From the NCBI GenBank assembly GCA_963721085.1, contig CAVRHW010000034.1, positions 2,675 through 66,674 of the forward strand: a stretch of DNA of 64,000 bases, written 5' to 3'. The notes under the pieces are model-generated. The model did not search any database and had not been told where the DNA came from. It saw nothing but the letters and a program-made list of their open reading frames with translations. A program made the position numbers and the translations under genes. Positions 18,871 to 29,686 of the stretch are shown piece by piece; positions within the stretch are counted from its first letter, which is position 1; every line of letters starts with the position of its first letter. This DNA comes from an uncultured Gammaproteobacteria bacterium. GTDB taxonomy: Bacteria; Pseudomonadota; Gammaproteobacteria; SZUA-229.

Positions 18871-20670
18871 CTAACTGAGGTGATGCACGGCTTGGAGCCC
18901 GTAGACGGGTGTCGGGATGCCTTCCATCCGGGCCTTGATCTGCAGCGAGAGAAACTGCGAATAGTGCCGTGACTGGTGCAGGTTGCCACCGTGCATCCAC
19001 AGTGCTTCTTGCTGTGTGGGTTTCCACATATTGCGCTCTTCGCCTTCCCAGGGGCCCGGGTCCTTTGTTGTGCCGGAACCGAGTCCCCAGACTTTCCCGA
19101 CCTTGTCCGCCATGTCTTGTCCCATGAGGTCCGCGACCCAGCCGTTCATCGACCCGTAACCCGTGGCATAGACGATCAGATCGGCGTCGAGGTGCGTGCC
19201 GTCGTCCAGAACGACGCCGGTCTCGTCGACTTCGGTCACTTGTCCGCGTTTGAGCTTGATCTTGCCATCGATGATCAATTGGCTGGCACCGATATCGATG
19301 TAGTAGCCCGAACCACGACGGAGGTATTTCATGAACAGCCCCAAATCGTCGTCGCCCCAGTCCAGCCAGAAACCTGCCTTTTCCAGCCCCTCGTAGAAAT
19401 CCTTGTCGCGCTCTTTCATTTCGGCGTAAGCGGGAATCTGGAACTCGTGCAAAATTCGGTAGGGCAAGGAGGCGAAAATCAAATCGGCCTTCTCGGTCGT
19501 TACGCCAGCCTCAACGGCCTCTTCGGAATAGAGTGCTCCCAAGCCGACTTCCATCAGAGTGTCCGATCGTACGATATGGGTGGAAGTACGTTGCACCATC
19601 GTTACATCCACATCGTTTTCCCAAAGCGCCGAGGCAATGTCGTGGGCTGAATTGTTGGAACCGACCACTATGGCTTTCTTGCCCCTGTAAGCATCGGGAC
19701 CCGGATGCTTCGAGGAATGGTGCTGATCTCCTTTGAATTTTTCCATGCCGGGAAAGGACGGCACATTCGCCTTGCCGGACATGCCGGTTGCCATGACCAG
19801 TTGTTTTGGTTTCAGGACAACCTCCTCGCCGTCCCGATCCACGACAACCGTCCACTCCTTGGTTTTGTCGTCAAAGCTCGCGGCCTTGGCGGTGCTGCGG
19901 GTCCAGTAGTTCAGTTCCATCACTCTGGTGTACATTTCGAGCCAGTCGCCGATCTTGTCCTTGGGGCTGAAGACAGGCCAGTTCTCCGGAAACTTGATGT
20001 AGGGAAGATGATCGTACCAGACGGGGTCGTGCAGGCAGAGCGACTTGTAACGATTGCGCCAGCTGTCACCGGGTCGGTCGTTCTTTTCGACGATAATCGT
20101 CGGCACGCCGAGTTGACGCAGCCGTGCCCCGAGTCCGATTGCGCCTTGTCCGCCGCCGATGATGACGCAATAGGGCTGGGTCTTGTAACCGAGTTCTGCC
20201 TTTTCCCTTTCACGCTCCTCTTTCCAAGTCATCCGGTGCTTGCCCGCCCCGTGCTTTGCGCCCAGGGGCCGAGAGAACCCTTTGTGCTCCTCGTACCCTT
20301 TGAGTTCGACCATCGTCGTCAGGAGCGTCCATATCTTGCCCTCCTTGAGGCGGATCAGACCATATCCCCGGCCAGCCCCGGTTTCGAAGCTGATCCACGC
20401 TGTAACCACGCCGTCTTCCTTGGTCGGCACCTCTCCCTCGGCGAGTTGCCAGTTGGCCGGTTTGATGGCAGCAAGCTGATGCTCGAGCATGTCGCCGATC
20501 TCGTCCCGACCTTCCATGGTCTTGAGATTCCACGTGAAACTGACCAGGTCGCGCCAGTAACAATCCTGGAGAAACATGTCCTGCACGGCAGCGATGTCTC
20601 CGGCTTCAAGGGCGCGGTTGAATTGATCCAGAAATGTCTGTGTCTGGCTCACCAGTGGAGTATCGAGCAT
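18871..20670 (-). CDS. Flavin-dependent (FMO/Baeyer-Villiger-type) monooxygenase with an NTF2-like N-terminal domain
   Basis: The likely start is ATG 20670, preceded by GGAGGA. Dinucleotide motifs VIIGGGQGAIGLG and AIVVGSNNSAHD are present. The first ~130 aa look SnoaL/NTF2-like. Confidence 0.75.
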   Translation of the reverse strand: MLDTPLVSQTQTFLDQFNRALEAGDIAAVQDMFLQDCYWRDLVSFTWNLKTMEGRDEIGDMLEHQLAAIKPANWQLAEGEVPTKEDGVVTAWISFETGAGRGYGLIRLKEGKIWTLLTTMVELKGYEEHKGFSRPLGAKHGAGKHRMTWKEEREREKAELGYKTQPYCVIIGGGQGAIGLGARLRQLGVPTIIVEKNDRPGDSWRNRYKSLCLHDPVWYDHLPYIKFPENWPVFSPKDKIGDWLEMYTRVMELNYWTRSTAKAASFDDKTKEWTVVVDRDGEEVVLKPKQLVMATGMSGKANVPSFPGMEKFKGDQHHSSKHPGPDAYRGKKAIVVGSNNSAHDIASALWENDVDVTMVQRTSTHIVRSDTLMEVGLGALYSEEAVEAGVTTEKADLIFASLPYRILHEFQIPAYAEMKERDKDFYEGLEKAGFWLDWGDDDLGLFMKYLRRGSGYYIDIGASQLIIDGKIKLKRGQVTEVDETGVVLDDGTHLDADLIVYATGYGSMNGWVADLMGQDMADKVGKVWGLGSGTTKDPGPWEGEERNMWKPTQQEALWMHGGNLHQSRHYSQFLSLQIKARMEGIPTPVYGLQAVHHLS

Positions 20671-20914
20671 CTTGTCCTCCCTACGTCGAAGTCGATTCCC
20701 CAAGCGTCGCAGAAAAGAACCGGTTGCGCTAGAAATTTCGCCGGGGCAGATCTCGATACGTCTGGTCTTTGTATTGAAAACCGGGTTCGTCCCGGCAAAC
20801 GCATGACAAATGTCGACCGGATCATGCGGACGCACGTATTTCGGCAGAGACCCTCAGATGCAAACGGCAGTCCTCCGGAACCTGAGCAGTGCCGCTCCCG
20901 GGGGCAGTTCCGAT

Positions 20915-22732
20915 TCAATAGAGCACGCTGGCACCCTGGTCGGCCGGCCCGGCAACGGCCCTGAAATTGGCGAACAGTTCCCGACCCATGCCATGGTGGC
21001 TATCCGTGAGGTCGATCGTGGCCGGTTCACGGGCCGCGAACGCCTCCTGATCGATCAGCACCTCGATCGTGCCGGCCTCGGCGTCGAGGCGGATCGGGTC
21101 TCCGTCACGCAGACGGGCTATCGGCCCGCCATCGGAGGCTTCGGGTGTCATGTGGATCGCTGCAGGTACCTTGCCTGACGCACCGGACATGCGGCCGTCT
21201 GTCACCAGAGCGACCCGGAAGCCGCGGTCCTGCAACACACCGAGTGTCGGTGTGAGCTTGTGCAGTTCAGGCATGCCAATCGCCTTGGGTCCCTGGAAGC
21301 GGACTACGGCGATGAAGTCTCCGAGGAGTTCTCCTGTCTTGAACGCATCCAGAAGCGCCTGCTGACTGTCGAATATCCGGGCCGGAGCCTCGACGATCCG
21401 GCGTTCGGGCTTAACCGCTGAGACCTTGATCACGGCCTTGCCGAGGTTGCCGGTGAGAATCTTCAGGCCGCCATTGGTCTGGAAGGGCTTGTCGATGGTC
21501 GTCAGCACCTTGTCGTCGGCGCTTCTTGCCGAAGCCGGATCGCGAACGACGCTGCCGTCGTCGGCAAGCTTCGGCTCGATGGCATAGGCCGCCATGCCTT
21601 CACCCCACACGGTCCGAACATCATCGTGCAACATTCCTTCCGAAAGCAGTTGCGAAACCAGGAAACCCAGACCGCCGGCGGCATGGAAGTGGTTCACGTC
21701 GGCCGGACCGTTGGGATAGACGCGGGCGAGCAGCGGAACGATGTCCGACAGGTCCGAGATATCCTGCCAGCTCAACCGGATTCCGGCGGCCTGAGCCATT
21801 GCGATCATGTGCATGGTGTGATTGGTCGATCCGCCGGTCGCGTGCAACCCGACCAGACCATTGACCACGCTGCGTTCGTCGAACATGATTCCGGCGGGCG
21901 TATACTCGTTGCCGAGCGCCGTGATTGCTAGCGCCCGCTTGGCGGCTTCCCTGGTGAGCGCATCGCGCAGCGGCGTTCCCGGATTGATGAAGGATGCGCC
22001 GGGCAGGTGGAAGCCCATGATCTCCATCAGCATCTGGTTCGAATTGGCAGTGCCATAGAAGGTGCAGGTTCCCGGCCCGTGATAGGATTCGGATTCGGCC
22101 TCGAGCAGTTCCGCCCGCCCGGCTTTTCCTTCGGCGTAGAGCTGGCGGATCCGGACCTTTTCGTCATTGGGCAGGCCCGATGTCATCGGCCCTGCAGGAA
22201 TGAAGACCGCCGGAAGGTGGCCGAACGACAGAGCGGCAATCACGAGGCCGGGCACGATCTTGTCGCAGACGCCAAGGAAACAGGCCGCATCGAACATGTT
22301 GTGCGACAGGCCGACAGCCGCCGAAAGGGCAATCACGTCGCGTGAGAACAGCGACAGGTCCATGCCGTCCTGCCCCTGGGTGACCCCGTCGCACATGGCC
22401 GGTACGCCTCCGGCTACCTGTGCTACACCACCGGCCTCGCGAGCTGCGGTGCGGATGAGGTCGGGGAAATGCTCGAAGGGCTGATGTGCCGAGAGCATGT
22501 CGTTATAGGCCGTGATGATACCGAGATTGGGGACGACGTCACCGGAGAGTGCCGTCTTGTCGGCAATGCCGCAGGCGGCGAAGCCGTGGGCAAGATTGCC
22601 GCAGGACAGTGTTGCGCGATGCGGTCCGGCACCGGCGGCCCTTTCGAGTCGTTCGAGATAAGGTTGGCGTGTTGGTTTCGAACGCTCCACGATGCGCCCC
22701 GTGATGGCTTCGATGTCGCTTCTCGCACTCAT
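20915..22732 (-). CDS. edd: Phosphogluconate dehydratase (Entner-Doudoroff)
   Basis: The likely start is ATG 22732. IlvD/Edd motifs are present: [33 protein letters not shown]. Confidence 0.95.
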   Translation of the reverse strand: MSARSDIEAITGRIVERSKPTRQPYLERLERAAGAGPHRATLSCGNLAHGFAACGIADKTALSGDVVPNLGIITAYNDMLSAHQPFEHFPDLIRTAAREAGGVAQVAGGVPAMCDGVTQGQDGMDLSLFSRDVIALSAAVGLSHNMFDAACFLGVCDKIVPGLVIAALSFGHLPAVFIPAGPMTSGLPNDEKVRIRQLYAEGKAGRAELLEAESESYHGPGTCTFYGTANSNQMLMEIMGFHLPGASFINPGTPLRDALTREAAKRALAITALGNEYTPAGIMFDERSVVNGLVGLHATGGSTNHTMHMIAMAQAAGIRLSWQDISDLSDIVPLLARVYPNGPADVNHFHAAGGLGFLVSQLLSEGMLHDDVRTVWGEGMAAYAIEPKLADDGSVVRDPASARSADDKVLTTIDKPFQTNGGLKILTGNLGKAVIKVSAVKPERRIVEAPARIFDSQQALLDAFKTGELLGDFIAVVRFQGPKAIGMPELHKLTPTLGVLQDRGFRVALVTDGRMSGASGKVPAAIHMTPEASDGGPIARLRDGDPIRLDAEAGTIEVLIDQEAFAAREPATIDLTDSHHGMGRELFANFRAVAGPADQGASVLY

Positions 22733-22757
22733 TTCTTGACTGCCTTTCGATATCGGA

Positions 22758-23459
22758 TCAGGGAGCCCAGAAGATCTGGACCGGTTGCGTCGCCTTTTTA
22801 AGGATAGCGCGGACTGGATATTCGTCGACCGGTCCCTCCCGCAGCGCCGCATCGAGTGTCGCCTTCTTGCTATATCCCTCGATGTGCAGGACGACGAGGC
22901 GGGTGCTGGCCAGGATCGGCAATGTCATTGTCAAACGCGGCTCGGGAACCCCTTCGCCTTCTGACGCCATAACCGAATAACTCTGGTCGGCGGCGGTCAG
23001 TTCCGCCAGGTGGCCGTTCCCCGGAAACCAGGATGCCGTATGCCCATCCTCTCCCATGCCGAGTATCGCCACGTCGAACGTGCCTTCGAGTCCGTCGATG
23101 GTTTCCGATGCCAGTTTCGCGGCTTCTGCCGGGGTCTTGTCGACACGGAACAGCGGAATGAAGACTGCAGCAGACGCTGCGTTCTGTAGCAGATGGGCGG
23201 CGACCAGACGATGATTGGAGCGTTCGTTCGAGGGGGGTACGAACCGCTCGTCGACCAGGGTTACGGTTACCTTGTCCCAGGCGATGGGTTTGTCGCTCAA
23301 TACCTTGAACAGGTTTTTCGGCGTCGAGCCACCCGATACAGCGATCATGGCCCTACCGCGCAGTTCGATGGCATCCGCAAGAGCCGTCGCGATTCGGTCT
23401 CCAAGGTCGTCGACCAGTGCCTCACGGCTGTCAAAGACGTACAGGACGGGTTCTTTCAT
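22758..23459 (-). CDS. pgl: 6-phosphogluconolactonase
   Basis: [19 protein letters not shown] and [13 protein letters not shown]. The gene lies between zwf and edd. Confidence 0.9.
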   Translation of the reverse strand: MKEPVLYVFDSREALVDDLGDRIATALADAIELRGRAMIAVSGGSTPKNLFKVLSDKPIAWDKVTVTLVDERFVPPSNERSNHRLVAAHLLQNAASAAVFIPLFRVDKTPAEAAKLASETIDGLEGTFDVAILGMGEDGHTASWFPGNGHLAELTAADQSYSVMASEGEGVPEPRLTMTLPILASTRLVVLHIEGYSKKATLDAALREGPVDEYPVRAILKKATQPVQIFWAP

Positions 23460-23466
23460 CGGCTGA

Positions 23467-24845
23467 TCAACTGCTCTCGTGCCAGGTCCGGCCGTCCCTC
23501 TCGATCAGCGCGATCGATTGTGACGGGCCTTGGGTCCCGGCCGTATAGGTGTTGGCCCGCTGCGCGGTATCCTCCCAGGCCTTGAGAATGGGGTCGATCC
23601 ACTGCCAGGCTGCTTCCACTTCGTCACGGCGCATGAACAGAGTCTGGTTGCAGCGTATGACATCCATCAGAAGGCGTTCGTAAGCATCCGGATTACGGAC
23701 GCCGAAGGCTTCCGCGAAGCTCATGTCTAGCGGCACGTGACGCAGCCTCATGCCGCCCGGACCCGGATCCTTGATCATGATCCACTGGCGCACGCCTTCG
23801 TCCGGCTGCAAACGTATCACCAACTGGTTGGCGATCACGCGTCCGGCGCTGCTGTCGAAGATCGAATGCGGTATCGGTTTGAAGGCCATGACGATTTCGG
23901 ACACACGCGAAGCCATACGTTTGCCGGTACGCAGATAGAACGGTACGCCCGCCCAGCGCCAGTTGCGAATCTCCGCCTTGATGGCGACGAAAGTTTCCGT
24001 GTCTGATTGTCCGTCGCCAAGCTCGTCGAGATAACCCTTGACCGCCCCGCCCGATGAGGCGCCGGCACGGTATTGGCCGCGCACCGTCAACCTCTCGGCA
24101 TTTTCCTCGGTTATGGGGCTGAGCGCGCGCAGCACCTTCAGCTTCTCGTCGCGTACAGCCTCGGCCTGGATCGAGGTCGGCGCTTCCATGGCAACGAGAC
24201 ACAGCAATTGTAGGATGTGGTTCTGCACCATGTCGCGCAGTGCGCCGGCCTTGTCGTAGTAGCCGGCCCTTCCTTCAAGACCAACCTCCTCCGCCACGGT
24301 AATCTGCACATGGTCGATATGGGCGGAATTCCACAACGGCTCATAGAGCGCATTTGCAAAGCGCAACGCCATCAGGTTTTGGACCGTCTCCTTGCCGAGA
24401 TAGTGGTCGATGCGAAAAATCTGCTCCTCGGGGAATACCCCGCCTATGGTGTCGTTGAGCACGCGCGCCGTAGCAAGATCGCGGCCGATTGGCTTCTCGA
24501 CCACGACACGGGTTTGGTCGGTTACCAGGCCGTGTGTCTGAATGCGTTCGCAAATCTCGCCGAAGAGGGAGGGTGCGACGGCAAGATAGAATGCCCGCAC
24601 GCGATGTTCGCCTTCCTTCAGGATCACGCCCAGATCGTTCCAGCCCCGGTCGGAATTGGCATCGATCGAAACGTAGTGCAGCCGCTCCAGGAACCGTGCG
24701 ACTTCCCGCTCGTCGAATTCTTGGGGTTTCAAATATTCGGCGAGCGCCTCGCCGGCGAAATTCCGGTATTGTTCGTCATCGAGTTCAGATCGGGAGGCCC
24801 CGATGATACGGGTGGGTTCCGAAAGCTGACCGGCAATCTGTCCTC
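23467..24845 (-). pseudogene. zwf: Glucose-6-phosphate 1-dehydrogenase, 5'-truncated at the chimeric junction
   Basis: The frame is Zwf-like from ...GQIAGQLSEPTRIIGASRSELDDEQYRNF... through RIDHYLGKE and EKPIGRDL to the stop at 23467. The first ~45-50 codons, including the GxxGDLA NADP motif, are missing and are replaced by unrelated sequence at ~24,845. Confidence 0.9.
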
Positions 24846-25217
24846 CACACCACTACAAAATCTCCGCTGGCCGTCCATTGCAACGCTGGGTGCTGTTTGA
24901 GCAGCGGTCGTCCAGGTATTGACCTGAAACTCATTACCCGCTGTCGTGCCGTCAGCATTGTAACGTTGAGCGAAGATACCGGCTGAATCACCGTCCTCGC
25001 CACCATAATCTGCCCACACCACCACATAATTGCCGCTCGCGTCCATGGCGACATGGGGGAATCTCTGATTTAGCGATGTGTATGTATTGACCTGAAACTC
25101 AGTACCGGCTCTCGGGCCAGTGGGAGCCGGAGTAGCACTGGCCACCGGGCTATAGAGCGGGCTATTGAGCGCAAGCAGCAGGGCGGCCGCCAGAGGGGTC
25201 CGTTTGATTGGGTACAT
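24846..25217 (-). pseudogene. N-terminal fragment of a secreted repeat protein (FQVNT..VAMD..G-[FY]VVVW..GIFAQRY units), 3'-truncated at the junction
   Basis: A GGAG lies 6 nt before ATG 25217. Signal peptide: MYPIKRTPLAAALLLALNSPLYSPVASA. Two repeat units follow. The second carries one extra G (VAMD-G-ASGDFVVVW) and stops being interpretable at ~24,846, where zwf sequence begins. Confidence 0.6.
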
Positions 25218-25443
25218 TTGCATCTCCATGAGGGGCTGCGGCCCCAACATGGGTCAAGCGCACAGCGGACTAAAATATAAAGACTGATAATACCTGAATT
25301 CCCCAACCCTGACGACAACCGCTTATCGTCTGACAGGAGCTATTCATCCTCTCTTCGCCTTTAGATTCAATCAATTATGACTGTCGCTAAATCACAGGCA
25401 TATCCCTGGCCATCCCTGTTCATGGCACATTCCAGCTATCATG

Positions 25444-27485
25444 CTATCGTTCCAGCATGGTATGCACACTTGCGACAAAATCGTCCACTGCCTGCTGATC
25501 TTCGAACAAGGCCTCGCAGCCTTTGAGCACGGCCTGGCTAGCTTGCTGACGCAAGGTTTCATCACTGGCAAGTGCGATGGCTTTGTTTACATAGTCATCC
25601 CAGTTTTCCGCCACCAGATCCATATAACCCATCTGTTGATATGCGGCACAGGTATAGCGGCCACGATGCATGACTGACGGCCAGGTGACGACCGGCGTGC
25701 CTGCGGCAAAAGCATCGTAATTGGTATTGGCGCCGCCGGTGTAATGAAAGGTATCCAGAATAACATCGACGATTTTTACCAGACCAAGATATTGTGCTGC
25801 AGGCATACGACCGAGAAAACGCAGACGCTCTGAAACATCCGGCATGTTGTTTGTTAATCGCTGTTGCAAATGTTGCGTGACTGTTATCTGCTTATCATGA
25901 ATGAATATAATGATCGCCCTGTCATCTTTGAGCAAAAGCTGTTTGAACACTTCATCCATATCCGGGTGGACCTTGCGCAGGTTTTGCGTACAAAGATACA
26001 GGTGGTCGTGTTCATTAAAGCCAAACTGTGTTCTGTCAAAATCGCCATTCCGGCACCGGCGGACGATAATAAAATACCGGCAATCTTGGCAGCATATACA
26101 ATTGTTCGCTATAAAATGCCTGTGCATTTTGTGTTTCAAGATATTTGCAGGACAAATAATAATCCATCTCTGCGATACCTGACGTTACCGGCCAGCCCCA
26201 GAAGCCAACCTGCAGGCGCGCAGCTTTGAAAAACGGTAAAAAATAATTCAGGCTATCGGTGCCCGCTTCCCAGTAATAGAGTATATCGAGTTCAAGTGCA
26301 TGAATTTGAGTGGCGGCAGTTTCGAGATCCGGGTCGAGTTCGACAAACATCGCATCGGGCAGTTCTTTTGACAGAATGTGTTTTCCATTGGGTGCAACAC
26401 ATAGCACGCGCACATCAAGCGAATCCGGCAATTGCCTGATCAAGCCTGCCATGCATTTTAAAAACACACCTTCATGACCGCGTGTAACAATAAAACCAAT
26501 TTTGGGTTTTGCGCCCTGCTCTCTTGCTGGCAATGCCGGCAGGGGTTGAATCACATGATCGAATAACTCAGCAAAGCGCTCTCTCAGCTCGAGATCATGC
26601 TCGCCGTAATACGCCATAATTGAAGGTGGCGTAAGGTCATACTTGATTGTTTTTTTCAGATCGAAAATCTGGCCAGTCACTTCATCGAGCGTAGCGGACA
26701 GGTTTTGCATCATATCCGCAATCTGCTCTTTACTTTCGGGTATAAGCGGAAACACGGTCGCCCGTTTGAGAATTAAATGAATACAACCGGGATTGAGCGC
26801 CTGCAATGTATCAATACACTGCAGCGCCTGTTCGCGCAGGTCCTGAGATTCATACAGCTGAAACAGATTATGGTATGCGTCTGCAAAATCAGGTTTGAGT
26901 TCGACCGCCTTTATATAATGTGCCAGTGCATCGTCAAAGCGGTCCCATTCCTTGAGCACAACACCAAGATTATTATGTGCCTGCGCATTATTGGGATCGA
27001 TGCGTAGCGCTGCTTCATAGGCGTCGATCGCGGTGCGATACCGCCCCGCCGCCTGTAGCGCATTACCGTAATTATAATGGTAGCTCGCATTGTCAGGCAT
27101 CAGCGCTATCGCGCGCTCATAATGTTGCAGCGCTGCCTGCAAATGATTCTTCTGTTTCAGCACATTGGCCAGATTAAAATGCACCAATGGTGAATTCGGC
27201 TGCGTCTGCAGTACCGCTCTGAAATTCGTCATCGCTTCATCCAGAAGCTCGGCCTGCACCTGCGCCTGGCCGAGATTAATCAGGTAATGTGGATGCTGAG
27301 GCTGCAACGCCAGCGCATGCTCAATATAAGCAATGCCCTGGTTGACGCGCCCATCCTGACTGCACAGCGTGCCAAGCAAATTCAATATATCAGCATGTTC
27401 CGGAAATGATTCCAGCGCCTGGACGATAAATCTGTTCAGCCTGCGCCAGCTGGCCTTGCTGATGTAGACGCACAGCGTTCTGCAT
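25444..27485 (-). pseudogene. TPR-repeat protein fused to a SPINDLY/OGT-like (GT41) glycosyltransferase domain, two frame changes
   Basis: N-terminus at 27485 (MQNAVRLHQQGQLAQAEQIY). 27385-26036 carries about 6 TPRs (AIALMPDNASYHYNYGNALQAAGRY...) and the start of the GT41 domain. 26139-25444 carries its end (FHYTGGANTNYDAFAAGTPVVTWP..HRGRYT). Frame shifts lie near 27,400 and 26,050-26,140. Confidence 0.75.
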
Positions 27486-27516
27486 ATGGCGATTCAGTTC
27501 ATCGGGTGTCACTGCT

Positions 27517-28002
<486 letters not shown>

Positions 28003-28113
28003 TTAATATTACCAGCGAAACTGACATCACGCGGAGATCGCAAAGAAAATAATGTGGACGACCCGCTTTCTGACATGTTTAAGCTTTAACTGCTTATTTG
28101 AAAATACAGGCGT

Positions 28114-28136
28114 AAAAAAAGCCCGGCTTGCGGGCT
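28114..28136 (-). terminator. Rho-independent terminator downstream of the 55-aa ORF
   Basis: On the minus strand, AGCCCG-caagc-CGGGCT is followed by a U7 run (plus-strand A7 at 28114-28120). A second 9-bp hairpin, GCTGCGCGA...TCGCGCAGC, lies at 28151-28179. Confidence 0.6.
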
Positions 28137-28187
28137 CTTCAGATCCAGTCGCTGCGCGATCCCGGCAGGGTCGCGCAGCTGACTGTC

Positions 28188-28355
28188 TTATGGCTTCTTG
28201 GGAGTCTGGTATGGTACTTCTTTCTGAAAAGATTTCCAGGTAGTTTCATAACCCACAAAAAACTGTCCAGGCGTAATGGTTTTCTGTGTGGTTGTTACAT
28301 ATTCTGTCTTGCCTTCAGGAACCTGAGGTCTTGTAAATACTGGCTTGTCGCTCAC
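28188..28355 (-). CDS. Small hypothetical protein (55 aa), below the ORF-track cutoff
   Basis: A GGAG lies 8 nt upstream of GTG 28355. The ORF reads SDKPVFTRPQVPEGKTEYVTTTQKTITPGQFFVGYETTWKSFQKEVPYQTPKKP*. Two hairpins and a U-run follow the stop. Confidence 0.4.
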   Translation of the reverse strand: MSDKPVFTRPQVPEGKTEYVTTTQKTITPGQFFVGYETTWKSFQKEVPYQTPKKP

Positions 28356-28432
28356 AATTATTACTCCTAATGGTTGAAAACGGGAGGAAATTCAACAGGG
28401 TTGTCAGCCCCTCCCAGTTAAACTGGCTGATA

Positions 28433-28849
28433 TTATACTACCTGACGCGTGTAATGTCCCTTCTTCGTCACATGTCTCACCCCTCCCTGGGGGTTCTCAA
28501 CATCGCCCCTGTAGCGGGGAATGATGTGAATATGGACATGCATGATGCTCTGCCCGGCTGCCGGCCCTATATTAACGCCGATGTTGTAGCCGTCAGGGCT
28601 GAACTCCTGATCCAGCAGCTTGCGCTCCTCAAGGATCAGTTCCATGCAGGCGCTGACCTCGTCGGGCGTCAGGTCGAAAAAGCTGGCCACATGGCGCTTC
28701 GGAATGACCACCGAATGGCCCGGGCTCGCCGGATAGGTATCGCGGGCGCTGTACGCAAGCTCGTTTGTCAGGGACACGCCCTGTGGATCTGTGCAGAACA
28801 GGCAGGGATTATTGGGGTCTCGCTTTTTTTCCTGTTTTTCTCTGGACAC
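28433..28849 (-). CDS. HIT-family (histidine triad) nucleotide hydrolase/transferase
   Basis: The histidine triad HVHIHIIPR is present in a 138-aa ORF. Confidence 0.85.
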   Translation of the reverse strand: MSREKQEKKRDPNNPCLFCTDPQGVSLTNELAYSARDTYPASPGHSVVIPKRHVASFFDLTPDEVSACMELILEERKLLDQEFSPDGYNIGVNIGPAAGQSIMHVHIHIIPRYRGDVENPQGGVRHVTKKGHYTRQVV

Positions 28850-29086
28850 CAGTTAATACCCTTCATCTAACTCAGTCTATTTGCCATTGATTTCAGCAAC
28901 CAGGGCCGCCGGTTAGTGACCAGAAGCCTGCAATCTCGATAAGCTGTAACTTTACCGCTTTCAAGGCATAAACATAATAGGTTACAGATATAATATTTTT
29001 TTAACCCGGTATATCGATATCTAATAGATGATCGTTTGCAGGGTCATTCTCCATGCTCTGTGGCAAGAGAGCTGGCCCGATTTGTC

Positions 29087-29587
29087 ATGGATTCCGCAGC
29101 GGAGCCCGTCATACGGTATAATCCAGCATTGTCCACAATCACTGATGAGGTAGCTATCTTGACACCTAATAAAGGACGAGCTTACTTCGGACTCGTTGGT
29201 TACCACTTTAATCCTGACGATATTACACGTCAGCTTGGTATAGAACCCACCTCAAGCAATAATGCAGGGGCATACGGCACCCTGGATAAGCCGGTGATCA
29301 GTTCCTGGGAATTTTCAACACCCACGATCACTTCGGAAACTCAGGAAATCGATATTTACAAACTCATTGATGATGAAATTCTTAAAAAAATCGAGCCGGC
29401 CAAACAGAAAATTATCGATATCTGTAAAAGCCATAACCTGTCACCAAGAATCGGCGTCGTCCTGACCCTGTCTATTGATAAGGATGAAACGACTCCAGAT
29501 GTCGGTTTCGGTGCACGAGTGATTAAATTCTGTTCCGAGATTGGCGCATTCATTAACGTGGATTACAAACTTTCCGAGCGGATTTAG
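29087..29587 (+). CDS. DUF4279-like hypothetical protein in an AT-rich pocket
   Basis: The ORF is open from 29036. The pattern YFGLVGYHFNPDDITRQLGIEPTSS...SSWEFST resembles the DUF4279 N-terminal signature. The start is uncertain. Confidence 0.45.
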   Translation: MDSAAEPVIRYNPALSTITDEVAILTPNKGRAYFGLVGYHFNPDDITRQLGIEPTSSNNAGAYGTLDKPVISSWEFSTPTITSETQEIDIYKLIDDEILKKIEPAKQKIIDICKSHNLSPRIGVVLTLSIDKDETTPDVGFGARVIKFCSEIGAFINVDYKLSERI

Positions 29588-29686
29588 GGAAACACCGGTT
29601 AATTCAGGGTTTCCGCGACACATCCATCTCGTGCCCTGAGAATTCATGGATGAATTATTCAGAGCCTCCTGGTAAACCTTGTTCTT

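Noticed and set aside
24780-25260. Reading the alpha/gamma junction as a horizontally acquired genomic island boundary.
   Set aside because: Both genes at the joint are truncated mid-domain with zero spacer. There is no integrase, tRNA, IS element or direct repeat. The left 24.8 kb includes core metabolism (zwf-pgl-edd, folD) rather than island-type cargo. An assembly chimera explains all of this more simply.
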